A stretch of DNA of 64,000 nt from Candidatus Woesebacteria bacterium UBA1430. GTDB lineage: Bacteria; Patescibacteriota; Microgenomatia; UBA8517. The stretch spans positions 2,933 through 66,932 of the forward strand of contig DCTW01000004.1 of NCBI GenBank assembly GCA_002329465.1, given 5' to 3'. This document shows positions 10,126-16,609 of this stretch, in pieces. The notes under the pieces are model-generated. The model ran no database searches. It saw only the letters and a program-made list of their open reading frames with translations, and was not told the origin of the DNA. The translations under genes and the position numbers were made by a program. Each line of letters starts with the position of its first letter. Positions within the stretch are counted from its first letter, which is position 1.

Positions 10126-12246
10126 TCATTCATTAAGTGTGCTAAACTCATGGTATGCATCATAAACATAATTTTTGTTCTGGCTCATTACTTCAAAATA
10201 ATATTTAGTTCCCGGCTCAAGGCCGTCTATCTTAAACTCATGGCGCCGGGCTCGCTCCTGGGAAATCACGTCTTGCCCGTAAGACAAATCTCTGCCATAA
10301 TTGATCTTATTGTTTTTTGTATAATGATTCGTCTCCCAAGTGATAACCACATAATCACGGCCCACCTCGGCCACCTTTACGCTTGAAATGACAGTTGGAT
10401 CTTCATCAAAAAGAATCTCGGCAATAGATGAAATCTTAACCTGCTGTCTATAAACAAATTGCCCCGCCGAATCAACCATTGGACTAAAATAACCGACAAC
10501 TCCCCAGCCAGTACTTGCAATAAGATCTGTCGTTGAATTAAATACGGAAGCTATCGCAGTGCCCGACCTTCCAAGCGCATTATTAAACGCCAACATTGCC
10601 CTGCCAACGACTCCCGGAGCTTTTTGCGTCAAAGAATTATAAGTACCGGCTAGAGTCTGCCCCGTCGCACTAATCTGCCTGCCGACAAACGCAAGCGATC
10701 TTTCATTTGCCTCGTGGACAAATCCACTATACCCCTTCCAAACCTGGGCAATAAAAGTAATACCTGACTTTGTAGTACCGACAATTCTCCAGTACACTCT
10801 GTTTACAAAACCACCAAGTTTGGCTAAAAAACCTTCCCCATCTTCAATTTCTTCAGGAATAGAAACTACCAAATCCTCCGCCTCTTTCTCACTTATCTTC
10901 TCTTTCTCTTTCTCAATTCCAATATCGGCCGTATCTTCCTCCTCTTTTTCTATAATTTCTCTGATTTTTTCTTCACCGACAATTTCCAAATTAAAAAATA
11001 TTTCGCTGCCCATATTTCCCGCCGAATCTTTACCCTTCAGACTAATCCTATATTTTCCTCTTGCAAAGTTTTCAGCCGGAGAAAAAGAAAAATCAGAATA
11101 TTTTGCATAAAGCTGTTTGCCGTTATCAATTATCTCCTCGTGCGTCTCAAGCCAGAACGACTTTGGAGTCTTTATATTTACCAAACTATGAATCTCATAT
11201 AAACCCGAAAAATTCTGTTTCTCGATTTTTATCTCAATTTCATTAGGGCCGGAGGCAACTTTGTTTTCATCTTTGTCTCCCGCCAAGTAGTCAATCAATC
11301 TTCCGGAAATAACAGGTCTTACATCGGGTGTTGCCAAGTTCGACGTATAACTTTTCTGGTTTACATACAATTCACCAATCGTTGGGGCTGTTAAGTCCAC
11401 AAAAAGCGTTCTTGTCTCAACCCGCTCATTACCATTTGAATCCTTAGCCTTAACTTTCCAAATGCGTTTTCCCTCCTTAAGCTCCCCGTCATTATTTTCT
11501 TGTACCCACTCGCTCGAAGAATGCGTATAAACGCTTATATAATTATTGTCTGTATCACTATCGGAAAACCCGCTGTATTTTGCCGTATATTTGGCAGTAA
11601 CCCAATCCTCCGTTCTCTCTGCCGGAATATTAGCAATCGAAAAATCACCACTGTCGCCGTTATCAACCTCCAGGCTATAAGAAGCAATATTAGTTAGTTC
11701 ATCACTCGTCGTCTTCCATCTATAAGTAGGTCGAGTATTTGTAGTATAAGTATCTCCCCCGGGGCTATCTAGAGAAAATCCCAATGGGGCAACCGTATCA
11801 AGTGTTATGCTATTTGTGTTCACACCAGGTTCAGAAAAATCAATCCACCCCAAGTCTTGAGAGAAAACATAACCACTAAAAACACCGCTACTTATATTAG
11901 CAGACACATTGGAATTATAATTTGTAAAATCCAAAATCCCGCTCGTTGCGGAAATCTCAGCGCTCCCGCTAACAACTCCACTCGCTAAATCAATAGTCAC
12001 CCCGCTAAAATCCACCCAGCCGATATCTTCTAAGAACGCGTAGCCGGAAAAATTCCCACCCTCGTTATCAACAGTCACGTTTGAATTGTAATTAGTAAAA
12101 TCAAGAAAGCCGTCTGTATTTATCACTCTTGCACGCCCCTTTACAGAAACCGAAGCCGCTGAAACAAAACCTACACTAACCACAAAAATAACGATCTCTA
12201 TTACTAAAGCAGTTAAAACCTTTTTCATTGCAACAAATCTATCCAC
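10126..12246 (-). CDS. large secreted/surface protein with internal repeats and a C-terminal FN3-like domain
   Basis: N-terminal signal/anchor (VLTALVIEIVIFVVSVGFVSA). The module LDFTNYNSNV...FSGY.F..D.GW.DFS is duplicated. An acidic EKEEEDTADIGIEKEKEKISEKEAED linker is present. The C-terminal segment ITWETNHYTKNNKINYG...LEPGTKYYFEV is fibronectin-III-like. Confidence 0.65.
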   Translation of the reverse strand: MDRFVAMKKVLTALVIEIVIFVVSVGFVSAASVSVKGRARVINTDGFLDFTNYNSNVTVDNEGGNFSGYAFLEDIGWVDFSGVTIDLASGVVSGSAEISATSGILDFTNYNSNVSANISSGVFSGYVFSQDLGWIDFSEPGVNTNSITLDTVAPLGFSLDSPGGDTYTTNTRPTYRWKTTSDELTNIASYSLEVDNGDSGDFSIANIPAERTEDWVTAKYTAKYSGFSDSDTDNNYISVYTHSSSEWVQENNDGELKEGKRIWKVKAKDSNGNERVETRTLFVDLTAPTIGELYVNQKSYTSNLATPDVRPVISGRLIDYLAGDKDENKVASGPNEIEIKIEKQNFSGLYEIHSLVNIKTPKSFWLETHEEIIDNGKQLYAKYSDFSFSPAENFARGKYRISLKGKDSAGNMGSEIFFNLEIVGEEKIREIIEKEEEDTADIGIEKEKEKISEKEAEDLVVSIPEEIEDGEGFLAKLGGFVNRVYWRIVGTTKSGITFIAQVWKGYSGFVHEANERSLAFVGRQISATGQTLAGTYNSLTQKAPGVVGRAMLAFNNALGRSGTAIASVFNSTTDLIASTGWGVVGYFSPMVDSAGQFVYRQQVKISSIAEILFDEDPTVISSVKVAEVGRDYVVITWETNHYTKNNKINYGRDLSYGQDVISQERARRHEFKIDGLEPGTKYYFEVMSQNKNYVYDAYHEFSTLNE

Positions 12247-12341
12247 CGTTCATCTCTTTACCATAACACATAATTTTACCCTTTTACAAATTATGTATAT
12301 ATTGATCCTTGAAAATAATTAACCAAAAAGTAAAATGAATT

Positions 12342-12656
12342 ATGGCAATAACAGATAAGGACATAAAAAAACTTAAAACCATTTTTGCTACTAAAGATGA
12401 TCTAAAAAGATTTGCTACTAAAGATGATCTAAAAAGATTTGCTACTAAAGATGATCTTGAAGACATAAAAGAAGAAATCAGACAAGAATTTCAGTTCTGG
12501 AGAAGCGAATTTTACGACAGAATTGATCCCATACTCAAAGAAGTCCAAGCAAGCCGAGAGGAACGAGTAATAATAAACCATCGTCTAGAAAAACACGACA
12601 ATATGCTTAAAAACCATCAAATACGTCTTCATCGCCTCGAGACGTCAAAGCCATAA
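12342..12656 (+). CDS. small coiled-coil protein with FATKDDLKR tandem repeats
   Basis: 104-aa ORF. The 27-bp unit repeated about 2.8 times encodes FATKDDLKR-FATKDDLKR-FATKDDLED, and the rest is heptad-like. No family assigned. Confidence 0.5.
   Translation: MAITDKDIKKLKTIFATKDDLKRFATKDDLKRFATKDDLEDIKEEIRQEFQFWRSEFYDRIDPILKEVQASREERVIINHRLEKHDNMLKNHQIRLHRLETSKP
12384..12460 (+). repeat. 27-bp in-frame tandem repeat, about 2.8 copies (tttgctactaaagatgatctaaaaaga)
   Basis: Copies at 12384-12410 and 12411-12437 are identical. The third copy (12438-12457) is identical for 20 nt and then diverges. Confidence 0.95.
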
Positions 12657-12687
12657 GTCAAAAATGTCAATAACCACTCCAGTAAAT

Positions 12688-12912
12688 ACACACACTACCA
12701 CAAACGAGTATATTTACAATGCCCAAGTTGTGCTGGCTGCTTGTCTTGCCTGCCTCCGACATAAAAGAACCACCATCAACGCTCTCGTCGAATTTAAACT
12801 AAATCTTGAAAGCAACTTGCTCACACTTTGACCGGCTTCCTGCTCCTGAAGAAATAGGTAAATGCTTAGTGGCTAATTAAGGTAGGCTCGTAACCAAGTT
12901 TCTAAAACATAA
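12688..12912 (+). pseudogene. decayed DGR copy: RT 5' stub fused to Avd 3' stub (about 1.3 kb internal deletion)
   Basis: 12688-12730 (acacacactaccacaaacgagtatatttacaATGcccaagttg) parallels 14745-14787 upstream of and into the intact RT. A shifted frame reads ACLRHKRTTINALVEFKLNLESNLL, compared with RT SCRKRKRNTINALKFEQNLEKNLV, and then hits a stop at 12829-12831. 12843-12912 parallels the last ~70 nt of avd (ggctcgtaaccaagtttctaaaaca is identical) but carries indels and an in-frame TAG. Confidence 0.75.
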
Positions 12913-12970
12913 GTCTCGGCGAACGCAACATGCATAGCGGCTCCCTGAATCCTTAGTATTGTTGTTCGTG
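12912..12970 (-). repeat. truncated template-repeat remnant (TR') of the decayed DGR
   Basis: It occupies the same position relative to the avd stop as the intact TR. On the minus strand it reads NNNTKDSGSRYACCVRRD with AAC/AAT-rich codons, against NNNTKDSASRYARCIRRD in the intact TR. It breaks off after 59 nt into spacer-homologous sequence. Confidence 0.7.
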
Positions 12971-12976
12971 AAAGCG

Positions 12977-13099
12977 AAACAGACTAATTTTTAAAAACTA
13001 TCTTCATCTCCCATTACCCCATTAGATAATACTCAAAACAAGATCAAATCTATCATTCAAGTACTATCTAACGGGGTTGAAAAGATAAAATCTTAGGCT
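12977..13099. repeat. copy of the DGR spacer element with an expanded hairpin
   Basis: 12977-13015 is identical (39/39) to 16485-16523, and 13073-13099 is identical (27/27) to 16532-16558. Between the cccc/gggg arms this copy carries 52 nt (13021-13072) where the intact locus has ttt. The insert has its own imperfect inverted arms, attagataatac and gtactatctaac. Confidence 0.85.
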
Positions 13100-13142
13100 T
13101 TTTCAGTGTAGCATATAAAACAACTGATTGGTATAATTTAAT

Positions 13143-13394
13143 ATGCTGCAAAAAATCATTAAACAAAAACCTTACTTGGCCTGGGATATCAAAAATGCGG
13201 GTAATTTATCTGACGAAAGCTCACTGGAGCACATCTTGGCTTATGGCGACTGGGACGATATTCAAGAGGCAGAAAAACTCATTGGGATTTCTGAAATGAA
13301 GAGTTTATTTGAAAAACTTATCCAGAAAAAGAGAAAAAACCTTAAACCGCGTACGATCTTATATTTTCAAAATTACTTTGCCAAATATGCATGA
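13143..13394 (+). CDS. small protein upstream of and overlapping the nucleotidyltransferase gene (putative cognate partner/antitoxin)
   Basis: 83-aa ORF whose stop overlaps the downstream ATG (ATGCATGA, 8-nt overlap). A TATAAT sits at 13132-13137. Function is inferred only from the operon context. Confidence 0.45.
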   Translation: MLQKIIKQKPYLAWDIKNAGNLSDESSLEHILAYGDWDDIQEAEKLIGISEMKSLFEKLIQKKRKNLKPRTILYFQNYFAKYA

Positions 13395-14004
13395 ATCTGT
13401 TTTATCAGATCAACAAAAAAAACTTCTGTCTTTAATTCGTAAATTTTCACCTGAATTTGGTTTGGTTGGAGGAACTGCAATTGCACTTCAAATCGGACAT
13501 AGAAAATCTATAGATTTTGATCTAGCTAAAACTGGCGAAATTAAAAACGACACAATAGCTGATACCATCCGCCAGTTTACACCAATAGAGCACACGCTGA
13601 TCGATGAACCAAACGAACTTACAGTTGTTGCCAACTCTGTTAAGCTGACTTTCTTCAAATATCCCTTTAAAATCAAATTTCAAAAACAGTTTAAACAATA
13701 TATTTCTATGCCGGATTTACTTACGCTTGGTTCCATGAAAGCGTACGCCTTAGGCAGGAGGGCAAAATGGAAAGATTATGTTGATTTATTTTTTATTTTG
13801 AAAAAGTATTCGTTATCAGATTTAGTTAAAAACACTAAAAATATTTTTAAAAACGAGTTTAATGAAAAATTTTTTAGAGAACAGCTTTCTTATTTCAAAG
13901 ATATAGATTACTCAGAACAGATTGATTATGTACAGGGTTATAAAGTAGAGAACAACCTTATTAAAAATAATCTAACTCATTTAAGTCTTCAAAAAACTCT
14001 ATAA
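13387..14004 (+). CDS. nucleotidyltransferase, AbiEii/AbiGii-toxin-like (DUF1814-type)
   Basis: The start is taken at the internal ATG 13387 (MHESVLSDQQKK...), because the ORF-track start at 13309 lies inside the upstream gene. The NTase motif GGTAIALQIGHRKSIDFDL (G-[GS]...DxD) and the overall size and pattern resemble short AbiEii-family proteins. Confidence 0.65.
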   Translation: MHESVLSDQQKKLLSLIRKFSPEFGLVGGTAIALQIGHRKSIDFDLAKTGEIKNDTIADTIRQFTPIEHTLIDEPNELTVVANSVKLTFFKYPFKIKFQKQFKQYISMPDLLTLGSMKAYALGRRAKWKDYVDLFFILKKYSLSDLVKNTKNIFKNEFNEKFFREQLSYFKDIDYSEQIDYVQGYKVENNLIKNNLTHLSLQKTL

Positions 14005-14009
14005 TTTAT

Positions 14010-14269
14010 CTAATAAACATCCTCATGTTTACCGATATGATAGATAAACTATTTCACGCTTAAACACGAGCAGAATTCGGATGCTTCTGTCTACAGATAT
14101 CGACCAGTATTCCTCGCCCCCCAGCTTGTGAAGCCTCAGAAACGGATGTTTGGGATTTTTAGTTATAAGATCAAGCTGCTTAATAACTTTCTTCTTTAAT
14201 GAAGTATTGCCTTTAGTGATTTTTACAAACTCTCGTTCAAAACTTTCTGTAAGCCGTAACTTAATGCAT
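14010..14269 (-). pseudogene. RelE/ParE-superfamily toxin, apparently disrupted by two frameshifts
   Basis: Not in the ORF track. The ATG at 14269-14267 is followed by CAT TAA. One nt out of frame it reads IKLRLTESFEREFVKITKGNTSLKKKVIKQLDLITKNPKHPFLRLHKLGGEEYWSISVDRSIRILLVFKREIVYLSYR, with a stop at 14031-14029. A third frame continues with the family-typical ending YHIGKHEDVY and a stop at 14012-14010. It lies directly downstream of the RHH antitoxin gene. Confidence 0.55.
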
Positions 14270-14271
14270 GC

Positions 14272-14538
14272 TTATCTCTCTAGAAGGTACTCTTTCAACT
14301 CTTTGATGTTTGTAAATTCGACGTATTTTTTTTCTTTGATTTCGCGTTTGGCATTATCCAAAAGCACCCCGTCTCTTGAAATAGAAGAAATAGCCTCAGA
14401 ACGAGAAAAATAGGTCGCCAATAGCATGCGGATAAAATCCTGCAGGGAAATACCAATTCTATCGGCTTCTTTTGCACTATTTTGCAATATACCCTCAGGG
14501 AGATTTATCTTTACTGTTGTTGAGCTTGGTTTACTCAT
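14272..14538 (-). CDS. ribbon-helix-helix type antitoxin
   Basis: 88-aa ORF. The N-terminal segment VKINLPEGILQNSAKEADRIGISLQDFIRMLLATYF follows a beta-strand/helix/helix pattern typical of RHH (RelB/DinJ/CopG-like) antitoxins. It lies immediately 5' of the RelE-like reading frame. Confidence 0.6.
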   Translation of the reverse strand: MSKPSSTTVKINLPEGILQNSAKEADRIGISLQDFIRMLLATYFSRSEAISSISRDGVLLDNAKREIKEKKYVEFTNIKELKEYLLER

Positions 14539-14617
14539 AGTACCAATATGGTACTAGTTGATACCATTGTCAAGTAACAAAGATATTGTGGGAAATACTA
14601 AATTTTAAATTACTCCC

Positions 14618-14634
14618 GTCCGCCTCTGGCGGAC
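14618..14634. other. GC-rich hairpin (gtccgcc-tct-ggcggac) just 3' of the VR' stub
   Basis: Perfect 7-bp stem with a 3-nt loop. In minus-strand sense it lies 12 nt after the stop codon of the remnant target gene. Confidence 0.6.
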
Positions 14635-14677
14635 AAATTCTATTTTAGTCTCGGCGAACGCAACACGCGTAACGACC
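14635..14677 (-). pseudogene. 3'-terminal stub of a deleted second DGR target gene (VR' remnant)
   Basis: 14635-14658 (aaattctattttagtctcggcgaa) is identical to 16600-16623 at the end of the intact target. The minus strand reads ...RYACCVRRD*, against RYARCIRRD* in the intact target. 14647-14665 is identical to TR' 12912-12930, not to the intact TR. Confidence 0.7.
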
Positions 14678-14729
14678 AATATTTTTGTTACAATAAATAA
14701 AATGCAAACACACTCGGGTAAGGAATATC

Positions 14730-14752
14730 CACACACACACACACACACACAC
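14730..14752. repeat. (CA)11 dinucleotide microsatellite in the RT leader
   Basis: Direct reading gives c-acacacacac-acacacacac-ac, ending 24 nt upstream of the RT ATG. The decayed copy has only (CA)3 at the homologous place (12688-12695). Confidence 0.95.
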
Positions 14753-14775
14753 TACCACAAACCAGCATATTTACA

Positions 14776-15900
14776 ATGCCCAAGTTGCTCTCTGCCTATA
14801 TCTCCTGCAGAAAGCGCAAACGAAACACCATAAATGCTCTTAAATTCGAACAAAACCTGGAAAAAAATTTAGTCGAACTTCAGCAAAAGCTTATAAATAA
14901 AACCTACTGTCCCAGTACTTCAATCTGCTTTGCCGTGACCAAGCCCAAGCTACGGGAAATCTTTGCCGCTGATTTTACGGACAGAGTTGTCCATCACCTC
15001 CTGGTAAAAGAAATAGAAGACTATTTTGAACGCCGATTTATTTACCACTCCTATGCTTGTCGAACAAAAAAGGGTACTCACTTAGCAGCAAAAAACCTAC
15101 AAAGGGCTATATTGAAAGTTACTCGTAACCAAACACAGCCTGCATATTTTGGTCAGTTTGACGTTAAAAGCTTTTTCACCTCCATCGATAAACCTATCTT
15201 ATTTAATATGCTTTCCCAAGAAATTCAAAAAATGAAAAAGCAAAAGCTTTGGCAACAAGAAATAAATTATTTGCTTCAAACCATTATTTTTCATAACCCA
15301 GCCGATAACTACAAAACGAAGGGGAATCTAAACCTATTTGATCGCATTCCCCCGCACAAATCTCTTTTCTATGCCGATAAGACCAAAGGTCTGCCCATCG
15401 GCAACTTAACATCACAGTTTTTCGCCAATGTCTATCTTAACCATCTCGATCAGTACATCAAGCACAAATTAAAAGTAAAGTTTTACTTGAGATACGCCGA
15501 TGACTTTGTGGTTTTATGCCAAGATAAATCTCAAATTTATAAATGGCGCGAGCAGATTAATTTCTTTTTACAAGAAAAGCTAAAACTAAAACTTCACCCA
15601 CAAAAGGATAAATACGGCTCCGTTTACCAAGGTATCGATTTTGTCGGCTATTTTGTAAAACCGGATTATATGCTTTGTCGCAAACGAATTGTCAACGCCT
15701 TGAAACAAAAGCTCTATTATTTCAATCAGAACGAAAATGCCGACCCCAAAATCATGATACAAACAGTCAACTCATATTTCGGCCATTTTAGACAAGGCGA
15801 TTGCTTCCAGCTCCGACAAAATATCTACCATCGCCGTGCCCAGAAACTAAAAAAATACGCCAAGCCAGCGCCTAAATATACCCATCTGACACTTCGGTGA
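14776..15900 (+). CDS. DGR reverse transcriptase
   Basis: 374 aa. RT motifs are present, including the DGR-typical IGxxxSQ (LPIGNLTSQFFANVYL) and the YADD catalytic box (LRYADDFVVL). It sits adjacent to an Avd-like gene and a TR/VR pair. Confidence 0.92.
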   Translation: MPKLLSAYISCRKRKRNTINALKFEQNLEKNLVELQQKLINKTYCPSTSICFAVTKPKLREIFAADFTDRVVHHLLVKEIEDYFERRFIYHSYACRTKKGTHLAAKNLQRAILKVTRNQTQPAYFGQFDVKSFFTSIDKPILFNMLSQEIQKMKKQKLWQQEINYLLQTIIFHNPADNYKTKGNLNLFDRIPPHKSLFYADKTKGLPIGNLTSQFFANVYLNHLDQYIKHKLKVKFYLRYADDFVVLCQDKSQIYKWREQINFFLQEKLKLKLHPQKDKYGSVYQGIDFVGYFVKPDYMLCRKRIVNALKQKLYYFNQNENADPKIMIQTVNSYFGHFRQGDCFQLRQNIYHRRAQKLKKYAKPAPKYTHLTLR

Positions 15901-16262
15901 ACAAAATCTCAAACCTACCGCTCTATCTAAAACTTTACAAACTTATTTTGTATTTGTATCAGTTAACAGGCAATCTTCCACGCACTTATAAATACACCCT
16001 CGGACAGAATATTCTGGATTTGGCCTGGCAAACTCTAGACCATATAATTTTAGCCAATAGCCTGCCTAACAACAAAAAGACAACGCAGATCATCAAAGCC
16101 TCAGCCAACTTTGACCAGCTAAAAACCCGCCTTCGCATGGCACACGAGCTTAAGCTTATTTCCCATAAACAACAAGCCCGCCTAATCGTCCAGAATGAAG
16201 AGATTGGTAAAATGCTCTCCGGCTGGCTAAGGTGGGCTCGTAACCAAGTTTCTAAAACATGA
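15897..16262 (+). CDS. avd: DGR accessory variability determinant (Avd-like four-helix-bundle protein)
   Basis: 121-aa basic helical protein that overlaps the RT stop by 4 nt. Its size, position and sequence pattern (LPRTYKYTLGQNILDLAWQTLDHIILAN) resemble the four-helix-bundle/Avd family. Confidence 0.8.
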   Translation: MNKISNLPLYLKLYKLILYLYQLTGNLPRTYKYTLGQNILDLAWQTLDHIILANSLPNNKKTTQIIKASANFDQLKTRLRMAHELKLISHKQQARLIVQNEEIGKMLSGWLRWARNQVSKT

Positions 16263-16400
16263 GTCTCGGCGAATACATCGAGCATACCTGGAGGCCGAAT
16301 CCTTAGTGTTGTTGTTCGTGTTGCCGTTGTTCAGGTTCACGTTCCAGGCATTGCTCTGGCTATTATAGTTCTCCGTACTGGACCAATGGTTGGCAGCATC
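16262..16400 (-). repeat. DGR template repeat (TR); adenine-bearing strand is the minus strand
   Basis: 139 nt align without gaps to 16612-16750. All 15 mismatches are at plus-strand T (minus-strand A) of this copy. On the minus strand it reads DAANHWSSTENYNSQSNAWNVNLNNGNTNNNTKDSASRYARCIRRD, with 12 AAY codons. Confidence 0.92.
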
Positions 16401-16427
16401 TTTTCACCAACTTCTTCTCTAATCTAC

Positions 16428-16457
16428 AACAAGCTGGTTTTTACAAAAAAGCTTGTT
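16428..16457 (+). terminator. hairpin (aacaagct-N14-agcttgtt) followed by tggtttt; possible RT-avd terminator
   Basis: Perfect 8-bp inverted repeat read directly from the sequence. A T-rich tract follows it on the plus strand. It lies 28 nt beyond the TR. Confidence 0.35.
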
Positions 16458-16484
16458 TGGTTTTAATGCCTTTAAGGCGTGGTA

Positions 16485-16558
16485 AAACAGACTAATTTTT
16501 AAAAACTATCTTCATCTCCCATTGCCCCTTTGGGGTTGAAAAGATAAAATCTTAGGCT
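16485..16558. repeat. conserved DGR spacer element with cccc-ttt-gggg hairpin
   Basis: Two blocks (39 nt and 27 nt) are identical to the decayed copy at 12977-13015 and 13073-13099. The hairpin is at 16525-16535. Confidence 0.85.
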
Positions 16559-16577
16559 ACTTCTAGCATAGCGTCAA
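16549..16577 (-). promoter_or_regulatory. candidate sigma70-like promoter for a minus-strand TR transcript
   Basis: Minus strand reads TTGACG (16577-16572), a 17-nt spacer, then TAAGAT (16554-16549). Based on hexamer match only. Confidence 0.25.
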
Positions 16578-16609
16578 AATTATAAAAAATAAATAGTTTA
16601 AATTCTATT

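Noticed and set aside
12284-12466. 60-aa minus-strand ORF with an SSLVANLFR repeat.
   Set aside because: It is the reverse-complement reading of the 27-bp tandem repeat. The plus-strand ORF is longer and has a sensible start and coiled-coil continuation.
14150-14477. ORFs 14150-14413 (+) and 14295-14477 (-) in the TA region.
   Set aside because: They overlap the RHH antitoxin gene and the RelE-like frame, and their sequences are low-complexity shadow translations.
15986-16285. 99-aa minus-strand ORF that starts in the invariant end of the TR and runs antisense through avd.
   Set aside because: It is tempting because the TR transcript should be minus-strand. However, the sequence is low-complexity and hydrophobic, lies entirely antisense to a well-supported gene, and has no motif. 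I treat it as a shadow ORF unless expression data say otherwise.
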